The notes under the pieces were generated by a model. That model was not told the origin of the DNA, did no database searches, and saw only the letters and a list, made by a program, of their open reading frames with translations. From positions 20,834,001 to 20,898,000 of the forward strand of contig CM075989.1 in the NCBI GenBank assembly GCA_038087875.1: DNA of 64,000 nt. Direction: 5' to 3'. The position numbers and the translations under genes are program-made. Numbering within the stretch: the stretch's first letter is position 1; each line of letters starts with the position of its first letter. Below, in pieces: positions 51,940 to 64,000 of the stretch. Source of the DNA: Malacoraja senta. Taxonomy: Eukaryota.

Positions 51940-52600
51940 TGTGTACAAAATCATGAGAGGAATAGATCGGGTAGATGCAGAGTCTCTTGCCCAGTGTGAA
52001 GGAATCAAGAACCAGAGGACATAGGTTTAAGGTGAGGGGGGGGGAAAGATTTAATAGGAACCTGAGGGGTAACTTTTTTCACACAAAGGGTGGTGGGTGA
52101 ATGGGACAAACTGCTAAAGGAGGTAGTTGTGGCAGGCATGGGCGGAAATCCTGGGGGAGGGACAGGGGGACACAATTCCCCCCATGCTTTGAGAGGTGGG
52201 GGACAATCCCCCCCCCCATGTTTTGTAATCCGGATTTTATCAGACACTTTCTAAGGGCTGAATCGGCCCATTCGCGAGGCCTTTCAGCGCCCGGCGCGGC
52301 TTAAAATCAAACTGCTGCATTTACCAACCAGGTCAGCTCCCGATGTTACCGTCCACAAGGCCCACGGCCGAAGCCTCGCGTGTGTGCGCATGCGGCCGCC
52401 AAGAAATTGTGTCCCCCGCATGTTTTGGTAGCGATTTCCGTGCCTGGTGGCAGGTACTATTGCAACATTTAATATTTAAACAGGTACATGGATATGACAG
52501 GTTTAGAGGGATATGGGACAAACACAGGGAGATGGGATTAGTGTAGATGGGACATGTTGGCTGGTAGGGCCGAAGGGCCTGTTTCCATGCTGTATGACAA
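51940..52600 (+). mobile_element. CR1/HER1 3' end interrupted by a hAT MITE
   Basis: Tail gggccgaagggcctgtttccatgctgtatgac closely matches the SINE tail (SINE/LINE partner pair). Confidence 0.8.
52137..52446. mobile_element. hAT non-autonomous element
   Basis: TIRs catgggcggaaatc / gatttccgtgcctg; exact 8 bp TSD gtggcagg. Confidence 0.9.
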
Positions 52601-52999
52601 AATAAAAATAATTAAATATTATATTGCTTTATGTCATTTTTATGTCCATTTTAATAACTATGTGTATAATGATCCAATCTTTATTTTGGAAACTGCAGAA
52701 AAACACTAATCAAGGACTTTGCTTTACACTTAATGGTATCATGAAGAATTATTTAATGTGATAATGTGTACGGCTATTTTAATGATGCTGCACAACAGAA
52801 GTCAGGCTACAGACATTTGGAAAGGAGATTTTTTTCACCAAAAGAAAAATCACCAGATCTTTGTTGAAAGCTCTTTTTTTAAGTGAAAAGAAAAAGAAAT
52901 TAAATTTGGGAAACACTCAGCAGTTCAGGCAGCATACTGCAAAACATTCATCTGTTCTCTTTCCACAGAGGCTGACTGACTAGCTGAGTGTTTCCAGCA

Positions 53000-53520
53000 A
53001 GGGCCTGTCCCACTTGGGCGACCTAATCCGCGAGTTCTGGTGAGTTTGCCCTCGACTCATACTCGCAGCACGGTCGACACGAGGTCTTCTTAACTCTCCT
53101 TCATGCTCGAGAGTGGTCTCCGCGTACTCGAGGCCTCAGGTAGGTCGCGGCGTTTTTTTCAATATATTAAAAAATGCCCGAGTGTAAAAAAAAGATCGCC
53201 ATGGAAAAAATCGATACTTTTTTTACTCGTAGGTTTAGTCGTAGTAGGTCGTAGTAGGTCGGCATGTTAGTCGTAGGTAATCGAGGGTAGTCGAAGGTAG
53301 TCGTAGATAGTCTCCATCATAGTCGAAGGGAGGTCGAAGGAGATCGAAGGAGGTCGTCTTCACTCTCCACTATGCGGTGTCCAATTTTCCTGAAGTTAGT
53401 CGTAGCTCGTCGAAGCTGGTCTTCAACATAGTCGAAGGAGGTCGAAGGAGGTCTTCAACGTGTCATTTTTACAAACTTTTCTAAACTCGGCAATTAGGTC
53501 GCCCAAGTGGGACAGCCCCT
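53000..53520. mobile_element. PIF/Harbinger MITE with gtcgtag/gtcgaag sub-repeats
   Basis: TIRs agggcctgtcccacttgggcgacctaat / attaggtcgcccaagtgggacagcccct; TTA on the right only; inverse copy at 59699. Confidence 0.85.
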
Positions 53521-54047
53521 TTACTCTGTTACAGCGCCAGAGACCTGGGTTCGATCCTGACTACAGGCCCTGTCTGTATGGAGTTTGTACGTTCTCTCCG
53601 TGACCTACGTGAGTTTTCTCCGGTTTCCTCATGCGTACATTCCTCACTGCGATGGAAGGTAATAAAGTTCAGTCATCTTCCTCCTTTGTTAATCGTAAGA
53701 GAGGAAATCTGGAGAGAAGGAATGGGTGACGTTTTGGGTCGAGACTGTAGATGATATGTGCATGTACCTTTAACATAGTGACCTCACCACTACTAACCAC
53801 ACCCCACATCATCAATATAATTACAACCTTCCCACCCAGTTCTCTCTCTCTGGTTTCGGTGACAGACCACGGACAGCTAGGGCAGAAACCTATGTGTATA
53901 ATGTGTAGTATGAATAAACAGAAGTAAAGAAACAGTGCGTTATGACACATCTTTACATGGTGTCTGCCTGGTACCTATGCGCCTCCTGTTTATCGGGTTT
54001 TCTTTCTTTTGAACCATTTTCCTAGTTTGTTTTTTATCTCCCGTGCC

Positions 54048-54308
54048 ATGGCCACTTCTTGCCGTAAGCCCGATATGCTCGTTTTCGACTCGGACATTGT
54101 CCATCGGTGGGGTGTATTTAGACGTGACTTTCAACACTATGTCACGATCGCCCACCCTGCTGCCAACGCTGCTACTCAGGCTTCCCTGATTCTCAACCTG
54201 GCAGGCCCTGAAGCCCTGGAACGGTCTGAGTCGTTTGTCTATGCTGTTGGTGAAGATGCTCGGGACCCGGAATGTCTTATGGCTACGTTTACCGCGATGT
54301 GCGACATC
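54048..54308 (+). pseudogene. Gypsy gag N-terminal fragment
   Basis: MATSCRKPDMLVFDSDIVHRWGVFRRDFQHY...LILNLAGPEALE...F...C. Confidence 0.8.
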
Positions 54309-54378
54309 ACAGGGCGACCACACCCCACATCATCAGTATAATTACAACCTTCCCACCCAGTTCTCTCTCTCTGGTTCC

Positions 54379-54501
54379 CCAGTTCTCTCCCCCGCGCCGG
54401 CTCCTGCTCATGCTCCGCCTGCAGAAGGGGGGGATGGCGAAATGCGTACCCGGTACGGGCGGGTGGTCAGGCCGCCTATCCGTTATGGTGAATTTGTTTA
54501 A
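54379..54501 (+). pseudogene. Gypsy pol extreme C-terminus
   Basis: RTRYGRVVRPPIRYGEFV*, the TRxGRxVRPPxRY ending. Confidence 0.75.
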
Positions 54502-55807
54502 CTGTTTGCTCACCTGCTCGTAGCGTATGAGACGTGGTCGCCCTGTCACTTCGGTATTGCTTATTATTTCCAAGGGGAAGGATGTAGATGATATGTGCAT
54601 GTACCTTTAACATAGTGACCTCACCACTACTAACCACACCCCACATCATCAGTATAATTACAACCTTCCCACCCAGTTCTCTCTCTCTGGTTCCGGTGAC
54701 AGACCACGGACAGCTAGGGCAGAAACCTATGTGTATAATGTGTAGTATGAATAAACAGAAGTAAAGAAACAGTGCGTTATGACACATCTCTACAGAGACC
54801 CTTCTTCAGACTAACCATAACCCTGAAGCACGGTTAGGTATGGTGTATGATAGAAATTTGGGCCCGATAGAAGTATAGAAAAATATATAGACAGGGTAGA
54901 GAGTCAGAACCTTTTTCCCCAGGATGGATGAATGAAATACTGGAGGGCTTAGCTTCAAGGTGAGGGAGGCAAAGGTTAAAGGAGATGCGGGGGCAGATTC
55001 TTTGTCTACACAGAGGGTGGTCAATGTCAGGAACACACTGTCAGGGTAATGGCTGAAGCGGATATGATAGAGGCAGCATGAAGTGTAGATGGGAGGTTGG
55101 TTTGCCTGGTGGTCTGAGCTGTCCTGAACCAGTTCAACAGCGCTTTCAGGATAACGGAAGATCAGAGCCAAAATGTCAATAAAACAGCGTATTTCCAAAA
55201 ACATTCAAGGAAGGAGCAGCAGCAAAATATTTGACAAAATCTGTGTAAAGCAAGCACGGCAGATATTTAACCAGAGTGAAACCAATACCTCTTTGGAGAC
55301 GTGTTAATGATGAGTGGCACATGGTATAAGACATCATCATGCATTGTTGGAAGCAAGAGAATGATAGCACAATTACAGAGAGAGGGGAGATTAAGATGTG
55401 AATTACATAGAAGGAAAAACATGACAGGGGAGAGTGTAATTTGAAAATATATATATTTTCATAACGGCATAATTTATGTGTCAAAATAGTATTCCACAAA
55501 TTGATCAGATTAGACAGCATCTTTCCACTTCATTTAATCCCCGTTCAATTACACATGGAAAATGACGTTTTTGGCTAATATTTCTGGCATGTAGACTTTG
55601 GATGAAAGTCGTTAATACCAGCAGACAGTAATAGGAAGTTGGAAGCAGAATTTATTCACTGCTGTTCCCTTTGTTAACCCTAATTTACCCAAGTGTGGCT
55701 GGCAAGAGTACTGTGTGATTTAGTGAATAAAACCCGACTCTGAGAATTCATCCTCTATTGCGAGGAAGACAGGGTAACATCAAAATAGACACATAATGCT
55801 GGAGTAA

Positions 55808-56008
55808 TAGCCCTGTCCCACGGTACGAGTTCATTCCAAGAGTTCTCCTGAGTTTGCCCTGATTCGAACTCAGAGATTTACGGAAATGGCCACTCGTCGG
55901 TACTCGGGGCTCTCGTGGACATTTTTCATCGTGTTGAAAACCTTCACGAGTCTTCCCGTGCTTACCTGCCATTAGCGAGTCTTCCCGAGTACCTGCCGTT
56001 AGCGCTAA
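55808..56008. mobile_element. Truncated Harbinger MITE in a PLE-derived element
   Basis: gctggagTAA then tagccctgtcccacgg; reverse match to 836-1156. Confidence 0.8.
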
Positions 56009-56312
56009 GGGATCGGGAAACAAGAGATATAGATGATGATGTAGAGAGATTTAGAACAAATGAATGAAAGACGTCCAAAAAAGAGATGCTGCCTGTCCCG
56101 CTGAGTTACTCCAGCATTTTGTGTCTATCTTCAGATTAAACCAGCATCTGCAGTTCCTTCCTACACATAACATCACAATATTGTGAATCCACTCACTCCC
56201 ATTTGCATCAAATGAGATAACGTCCATTTAGATATTTAGTTTAGTGTGGAGATACAGTGTGGAAACAGGCCCTTCGGCCCACCTAGTCCATGCCGAACAA
56301 CGATCGCCAGTT

Positions 56313-57136
56313 CATAGATACATAGATACATAGAAAATAGGTGCAGGAGTAGGCCATTCGGCCCTTCGAGCCTGCACCGCCATTCAATATGATCATGGCT
56401 GATCATCCAACTCAGTATTCCGTACCTGCCTTCTCTCCATACCCCCTGATCCCTTTAGCCACAAGGGCCACATCTAACTCCCTCTTAAATATAGCCAATG
56501 AACTGGCCTCAACTACCCTCTGTGGCAGAGAGTTCCAGAGATTCACCACTCTCTGTGTGAAAAGTTTTTCCTCATCTCGGTCTTAAAGGATTTCCCCCTT
56601 ATCCTTAAGCTGTGACCCCTTGTCCTGGACTTCCCCAACATCGGGAACAATCTTCCTGCATCTAGCCTGTCCAACCCCATAAGAATTTTGTACGTTTCTA
56701 TAAGATCCCCTCTCAATCTCCTAAATTCTAGCGAGTATAAGTCAAGTCTATCCAGTCTTTCTTCATATGAAAGTCCTCACATCCCAGGAATCAGTCTGGT
56801 GAACCTTCTCTGCACTCCCTCTATGGTTATAATGTCCTTCCTCAGATTTGGAGACCAAAACTGTACGCAGTACTCCAGGTGTGGTCTGACCAAGACCCTG
56901 TACAACTGCAGTAGAACCTCCCTGCTCCTATACTCAAATCCTCTTGCTATGAAGGCCAACATACCATTCGCTTTCTTCACTGCCTGCTGCACCTGCATGC
57001 CTACTTTCAATGACTGGTGTACCATGACACCCAGATCTCGCTGCATCTCCCCATTTCCTAATCGGCCACCATTTAGATAATAGTCTGCCTTCCCGTTTTT
57101 GCCACCAAAGTGGATAACCTCACATTTATCCACATT
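56313..57136 (-). mobile_element. 5'-truncated CR1 LINE, near-identical to 19545-20370
   Basis: Near-identical translation (DKCEVIHFG...RPHLEYCVQFWSP); inserted in a V-SINE (56236-57340). Confidence 0.95.
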
Positions 57137-58687
57137 TACACTAGTTCACACTAGTTTTATCCTACACACCAAGAATAATTTATAGAAGCCAATTAACCTG
57201 CACATCTTTAGAGTGTGGGAGGAAACCGGAGCACCCGGAGCAAACCCACGCGGTCACAGGAGAACGTACAAATTCCGTACAGACAGCACCCGTAGTCAGG
57301 ATTGAATCCGTTTCACTGGCTCTGCAAGGCAGCAACTCTAATAGATAACTGCTGTTTAGATGTTCATATATACAGGAATATTTGAAGATGTGAAAGGTTT
57401 GATGAACTGCAGTAAATTCTGACTGTTCTAAGCCGGAATGTTAATTTTCTGTAAAACGGTGGAATATCGATCAATGGTTCAAATTATCATATGTACTGAA
57501 GTACAGGGAAATAGCTTATCTGCATACAGTTCAGTAAAGTATTACTAGAGAAAAGAAATTCATCAGCCCAACTTGTCCATGCTGATCACGATGCCCCATC
57601 TAAGCTAGTCCCATTTGCTTGCGGTTGGCCCATATCCCTCTAAACCTTTTCCTGTACAGGTACTATGGTACCTGTCCAACTATCGTTTAAATGCTGTTAT
57701 AGTACTTGCCTCAACTACCTCCTCTCCAGAGGAGTTTGGCACCATTCTGATGAATCTCCCTATACCCTCTGCAGTTCAATCACATCCTTTGTGAAACCCA
57801 CAAGGCCACAGGGAAGAACATGGAAACTCCACGCAGACAGCACCAGAGGTCAGGACTGAACCCAGGTCTCTGGCGGTGTGAGGCAGCAGCTCTACCCGCT
57901 GCGCCACCATGCCAAAGCGTAGATTGTCCTTTGCTCTCTGAGTTTGGAACAACATGGGACTTCTCATCAAAATAAATAAATATGTTTTGGAGATGACTGA
58001 CAGGTACTGCTTTGAGCATGTTTCCCTAATCGTTACCCAATTAGCACAGGGAAGAGGAGCAGGTTTCCTCAAGGGATTATTTGAAGTCTTGATTAAGTGC
58101 GTCAGCATTGATAGACAGATGTTTTGCCTACAGGGCTGAAGTAATGTATACAATTTATATCATAATATATACTTATAATTGAACATGCACAGTTGATAAT
58201 TATGTTCCTCCGAATCAGCATGGGCTATGACTCTTCCAGGAAGTATCTTGTGCCACTATTTTCATCTCTGCAAGACTTTATTTTTTGCATAGAGTTCAGC
58301 AGGGGCTACAATGCCGAGAACTATATCCTGCACCCTGTATCTTCACCTTTGCTCCACCCGAGCGTCAACTTAAGTTTGACTTGATTGTATTTATGTACAG
58401 TATTGCCTGAAGATAGACACAAAATGCTGGAGTAACTCAGCGGGCCAGGCAGCATCTCTGGAGGGAAGGAATGGGTGATGTTTCGGACACGAAGCGTCAC
58501 CCATTCCTTCTCTCCAGAGATGCTGCCTGTCCCGCTGAGTTACTCCAGCATTTTGTGTCTATCTTCGGTGTAAACCAGCATCTGCAGTTCCTTCCTACAC
58601 ATATAGTATTAGCTGATTTCATTGGACAGCATGCCAAAGCTTCGCACTGTACCTCGGTACCAGTGATCATTTACTATTAAAACATAA

Positions 58688-59004
58688 AGTAGTTTAGTTT
58701 AGAGATACAGTGCAGAACAGGCCTTTCAACCCTTCGAGTCCGCGCCGACCAGCGATCCCCGTACACTAGCACTATCCTACACACTAGGGTCAATTTACAA
58801 TCTTTACCGAAGCCAATTAACCTAAAACCTGCGCATCTTTGGGGTGTGAGAGGAAACCAAAGCACCGAGAAAAAACGAGATCACGTCAAAAACCCACGCA
58901 AGTCACGGGGAGAATGTACAAAACTCCGTACAGACAGCACACGTAGTCAGGATGGAAGCCGGGTCTCTGGCGCTGTGAGGCAGCAACTCACCCGCTGCGC
59001 CACC
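58688..59004 (-). mobile_element. HE1/V-SINE
   Basis: Full-length reverse copy. Confidence 0.85.
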
Positions 59005-59024
59005 CTCGTTGAATCATAGTGGAA

Positions 59025-59165
59025 TTAGTTGAAGAATCACTTTAAACCAAAGCTAAGGAAGAGTAGGAAATGATTACAATTTAAAACACAATAAAACAGT
59101 GGCTGAGTATGTGGCCAAACTGAGGAAGTGCTCACAAGATTGTAATTGTGGCAACACACTCTCAG
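59025..59165 (+). pseudogene. Old Gypsy gag relic
   Basis: LKNHFKPK...TVAEYVAKLRKCSQDCNCGNTL resembles gag ESVAEYVAELRRLAEHCEFG. Confidence 0.6.
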
Positions 59166-59698
59166 TTGACAAGGGATGGCCAAATTCACCGGTATTTGCT
59201 CTTCGCCTTAAACCCAAGTCCTCTATTCCTATGGGTAAGGAAGAACTGCAGATGCTGGATAAAATCGAAGGTAGACACAAAATGCTCCATCTAACTCTCT
59301 TTTGAATGCATCCAGTGAATTGGCCTCCACTGCCTTCTGAGGCAGAGAATTCCACAAATTCCCAATTTTCATTACTCTTTCTCTGGGAGGCCTGCCAATC
59401 TCGGGTCTCGACCCGAAATGTGAGTCTGAAGAAGGGTCTCGACCCGAAACATCACCCATTCCTTCTCTCTGGAGATGCTGCCTGTCCCGCTCAGTTGCTA
59501 GAGCTTTTTGTGTCTATCTTCAAACAAAATTCACTAGCAGTCTTGTCTGGAGGCTGTTCACCATATGAAAACGAGCCACGAATATTTTCAGAAATGTTTA
59601 ATTGAGCAAAATACCAAGAACGTCTGAACTCGTCTTCTCACCAATGATATCATGAAATTATTTCATATCCACTGAACGCAATAGATGGGGCCTCGTTA

Positions 59699-60229
59699 AG
59701 GGGCTGTCCCACTGCGGCAACCTAATTGGCGAGTTTAGAAGAGTTTAGGAGAGTTTGAAAAAGTGTCATGTTGAAGACCTCCTTCAACTATGTAGAAGAC
59801 CTCCTTCGACTATGTTGAAGACCAGCTTCGACTAGCTTCGGGAAAATTGGACACTGAATAGTGGACAGTGAAGACGACCTCCTTCGATCTCCTTCGACCT
59901 CTCTTCAACTATGTTGAAGACTATCTATGACTACTTTTGACTACCTACGACTAACATGCCGACCTACTACGACCTACTTTGACTAAACCTACAAGTAAAA
60001 AAAAATTGTTTTTTCCCGTGGCGACCTTTTTTTACTCGCGGGCATTTTTAGGCATGTTGAAAAATACGTCGCGACCTAGCTGAGGCCTCGAGTACGCGGG
60101 GACTACTCTCGAGCATGAAGGAGAGTTACAAAGACCTCCTAGGACCTCGTGTTGACCATGCTGCGAGTATGAGTCGAGCACAAACTCTTCTAAACTCTCC
60201 AATTAGGTCGGCGCAGTGGGACAGCCCCT
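59699..60229. mobile_element. PIF/Harbinger MITE
   Basis: TIRs aggggctgtcccactgcg / cgcagtgggacagcccct; TTA TSD. Confidence 0.9.
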
Positions 60230-60465
60230 TTAGCATCTCACCTCTGGGCAGCGCCTCACCTCACGCTCTGCATCCCAGGTTCGATCCTGACCTCCGCTGC
60301 TGTCCATGCTTACTAGTTGACCCTGTGATTTGGCGGTTTCCTCTGTGGGCTCTGGTTTCCTCCCACTTGCTTAAGAGGCAAGGATGACCCATTTCTTCTC
60401 TCCTGAGATGCTGCCTGTCCCGCTGAGTTACTCCAGCATTTTGTGTTCACCCCGGGTGGTAGCAT

Positions 60466-60680
60466 GTGTAGGAAGGAACTGCAGATGCTGGTTTACACCG
60501 AAGATAGACACAAAACCCAGCGGAACAGGTTGCATCTCTGAATCAAAGCAATAGGTGACGTTTCGAATCGAGATGCATCTTCAGTCTGAGGAAGGGTCTC
60601 GATCCGAAATGTCACCCATTCCTTCTCTCCTGACATGCTGCCTGTCCCGCTGAGTTACTCCAGCATTTTGTGTCTATCTT
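60466..60680. mobile_element. Fold-back PLE-derived retroelement
   Basis: Inverted arms; core ctgaggaagggtctcgatccgaaa; TSD gggtggtag(c/a)atg. Confidence 0.75.
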
Positions 60681-61492
60681 TGGGTGGTAGAATGGTTTGG
60701 ACACTGTACATTGTCACTAGTGTTCCCAGTCTACAAAAGGATGCAATAGGACTGCACCTACTCAAAGAATACTAGTTTTAAAAAGTTTTCAGTGGCAACA
60801 TTAATCTAGTCCTCACAGTGAGAATGCAGCAGATTCAAGTCAGGTGTTAATGCAAAACTGCATCATTCATCCAAAACAAAATGCTGGAGGAACTCAGCTG
60901 GTCAAGCAGCATCTGTGGGGGAATGGACAGGCAATATTTCGGGATGGGACCCTCTTTCACATGTTTTTTACTCAGGATTCCAGCATCTGCTGATCATTGT
61001 GCCAGCACCATGCATCTGTTGCACATCAATAATAATGGTGAACATTATAATTTTAAATCTTTAATGAATCATAACCAATGTTAATTTTGAATTACAATGT
61101 ACATTTCACAGTGGGAAATGAAATCCTTTGCATTGCTTACTAAGCATTAAATTCCCGATCGAATGCAAATATAATCATTAATTTCATGTAATACAAAGCA
61201 CATGCTGTTAAATAAGAGAGAATTCTGATTAATCAATCAATAATTAATTGCATATTATGATTATTCAAGTTCATTTTCCAACAATCAAATCAAGGCACGA
61301 TGCACATTAGAACCTTAATATAATATTCATGTGAAAGTTATGCTTATTTAAAAAAAAATTGTCAGTGGAAATTTATCTTCCATTTGATCAACTCGCTTCA
61401 TGAGAATTAGTTAACCAGTTGATGGGGATTCTCACTAACTTGTCAAAAAGGTCTGTCCATTGAAGAGGAAAATATTTCATTTGTTGCATTAA

Positions 61493-61722
61493 CGGAGTTT
61501 GTATGTTCTCCCCGTGACCGCGTGGGTTTTCTCCGAGATCTTCGGTTTCCTCCCACGCTCCAAAGGTGTGCAGGTTTGTCGGTTAATTGGCTTGGTGTAA
61601 ATGTAAAATTGTCTCTAGTGTGTGCGGGATACTGTTAGTGTGTGGGGATCGCTGGTCGGTGCGGACTCGGTGGGCCGAAGGGCCTGTTTCCGCGCTGTAT
61701 CTCTAAACAAAACTAAAACTAA
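61493..61722 (+). mobile_element. 5'-truncated HE1/V-SINE
   Basis: V-domain and tail. Confidence 0.85.
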
Positions 61723-62094
61723 TCACTGGTTTTCATATTTGTGATCAGACATTTTCATAAGTTCATAACTTATAGCATATAGAATTAGGCCATTCGGCCC
61801 ATCAAGTCTACTCCGCCATTCAATCATGGCTGATCTATCTCTCCCTCTCAACCCTGCTAGATTCTTGATTAGTAAAGGTGTCAGGGGTTATGGGGAGAAG
61901 GCAGGAGAATGGGGTTGAGAGGGGATGATGGGCCAGCCATGATTGAATGCTGGAGTGGATCGATGGGCCGAATGGCTTAACATTGCTCCTATCCACATGA
62001 ACTTTTGAATTTATGAACCCTATTTTCCTGCCTTCTCCCCATAACCCTGAGACCCTTCATAATCATGAAAACAAGTAACCACAAATCTCCTGTG

Positions 62095-62365
62095 CAGCTC
62101 AGTGGCGCAGCAGTAGAGCTACTGCCTTACAGAGCCAGAGACCCAGGTTCGATCCCGACTACGGGAGCTTGTCTGTACGGAGTTTGTACGTTCTCCCCCT
62201 GACTTTACTCTGAGATTTTCTGTTTTTCTCCCACACTCCAAAGACGTTCAAGTTGTCGGTTAATTGGCTTGGTATAAATGTAAATAGTCCCCAATTTGTG
62301 TAGGATAGTGTTAATGTTCGGGGTGGACTCGGTGGGTGTTTCCGCGCTTTATCTCTAAACTAAAC
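62095..62365 (+). mobile_element. HE1/V-SINE
   Basis: Head, V-domain and tail. Confidence 0.85.
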
Positions 62366-62672
62366 CTGCTATTTAATGAAATGGGAAGCCAGACACTTGA
62401 GCTATTTGTTTAGAAATGAATTTACTATTTCATATATTTAAGAAAGAACTGGAGATGCTGGAAAAATCGAAGGTTTCGACCCGAAAAGTCGCCTATTCCT
62501 TCTCTCCATAGATGCTGCCTCACCCGCTGAGTTCCTCCAGCATTTTTGTCTACTTACTATTTCACCTCCTCAGTCTGTCAATGGGCTAACACTACACACC
62601 ACTTATGCCTGTTAAAGATAATGGCTAGGATCTCACGTTGGGCAGGTAACACTAATGCTTTTTAAACAGGTT

Positions 62673-62730
62673 ATGTACCTCTCGTGGGAAACTCACTCAC
62701 AATGTACCTCTCGTGGGAAACTCACTCACA
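62673..62730. repeat. 29 bp perfect tandem duplication
   Basis: atgtacctctcgtgggaaactcactcaca twice. Confidence 0.95.
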
Positions 62731-63286
62731 ATGCCGAATTAGAACACAACTTACAGCTTCTGCTTCTGAAACATCACGTTGACTGTCAATCCTATTTTCT
62801 TTCCCCCCTCTCAATGCATTGTCAAACTTGTTGTACACCATACCCCGTTAATAAACAAGGTGAGTGGAAGAGTGTTCGCGATTGTAATTGATGCAGATGT
62901 GGCGCCCTGGTTTCTACAGCCCTGTTGTGTAGCCCGTGTAATAAGGAACTGCAGATGCTGGTTGAAACTGAAGATAGAATCAAAACGCTGGAGTAACTCA
63001 ACGGGACAGGCAGCATCTCTGGAGAGACGGAATGGGTCGAGACTCTTCTTCAGTCTTGACTTGAAACGTCACCCATTCCTTCTCTCCAGAGATGCTGCCT
63101 GTCCCACTGAGTTACTCCAGCTTTTTGTGTCTACCTTCCATTGTATCGCCCTGTTCCTCAGCTCATCAATAATGCAGTCTCAATTACCAGACTCTTCTAC
63201 ACCAAGTTTTGGAAATGATAGATCTGACGACACAGAGATTTCAAAAAATAGTATTAAATCTGTGATTAGATTTTTCAGCAAAACCT

Positions 63287-63287
<1 letters not shown>

Positions 63288-63338
<51 letters not shown>
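63288..63338. repeat. (CA)n microsatellite
   Basis: Pure CA run. Confidence 0.98.
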
Positions 63339-63343
<5 letters not shown>

Positions 63344-63871
63344 ATCAACAGGTTGTTCATATACTTGGAACTAGCAGCGTATGAAAATAACCCATTATTC
63401 TAAATCAGTGGTTATGTGAAATAAGACTTGCCTTATTCTTTATTACATGACTTTTGTTTTACATTGCAACGTGTGGTTTAATGGCCGCTGCCAATAATTG
63501 CGCTTCTTCCCATTGTAGCAGTATTGCCTCCTTTATCCAATAACTCTATTTGCTTTTGAAGAACACACTGCAGCAGATGGAAAGGATTTTTCTGACCTCA
63601 GGCAGCTCAGAGCACTTTAAAGTCAATGAAGTATTAAATGTATAATTAGGTCTTGCAGGCAAAGCCCTCCTGAAATACGGCCATTAGTTTGTTATGATTC
63701 CCTGAAGTAGTTATATTTGAAAACAGACCATCATTCTAAATCAATAGTTATGTAAAATAAGACTTACTTTATTCTTTATTCTCATCTCTAGTTGTAGGAC
63801 ATAATTTAATGCATGCTGACAACAGTACTGTTACTGTTCCGACAGGTAATTTTATTTCTCAAGATATTCAG

Positions 63872-64000
63872 GGGCGGCACGGTGGCAGACTTGCTGCCTC
63901 ACAGCGCCAGAGACCAGTGTTCGATCCTGCCCTCTGTGTGGAGTTTGCACATTCTCCCTGTGACCGTGTGGGTCTGCTGCCTCACAGCGCCAGAGACCAG
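63872..64000 (+). mobile_element. Partial or rearranged HE1/V-SINE head
   Basis: ggcggcacggtggc...gttcgatcc; head segment repeated at the window edge. Confidence 0.7.

Larger units (their letters stand above)
53746..54794 (+). mobile_element. Internally deleted Gypsy-type LTR retrotransposon (TRIM-like)
   Basis: 212 bp TG...CA LTRs (53746-53957, 54583-54794) with 3 mismatches by eye; PBS-like tggtgtc at 53958; PPT aaggggaagga; 5 bp TSD gagac. Confidence 0.95.

Noticed and set aside
53225..53460. CRISPR-like short repeats
   Set aside because: Irregular 7-10 bp MITE sub-repeats without unique spacers or cas genes.
62779..63384. 201 aa ORF
   Set aside because: Chance read-through of unique DNA, a PLE-derived repeat and (CA)n.

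Overview
Eukaryotic, repeat-dense, apparently gene-free 64 kb (intergenic or deep intronic). The repeat set points to a cartilaginous fish, probably a skate or ray (inference): many tRNA-derived HE1/V-SINEs, CR1/HER1-type LINE fragments, Rex1/Babar tails and Penelope-like (PLE) remnants. No host exon could be supported; nearly all listed ORFs are chance or transposon-derived. Highlights: (1) an abundant short, often fold-back retroelement with 13-15 bp target-site duplications (TSDs) and a minimal hammerhead-ribozyme core (CUGAAGA-A-stem II-GAAA-CGUC) on one or both strands, alongside PLE GIY-YIG remnants; (2) a young 1.05 kb Gypsy mini-element with a multi-template junction, inserted in one of those hammerheads; (3) about 11 PIF/Harbinger elements or fragments sharing one terminal repeat (TIR), including a transposase-bearing copy that appears to carry captured genomic DNA; (4) a Tigger element closely resembling mammalian MER47/Tigger5; (5) repeat-free islands rich in homeodomain-type motifs that may be conserved enhancers. 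Family names come from motif recognition, not a database search, and boundaries of degenerate copies are approximate.
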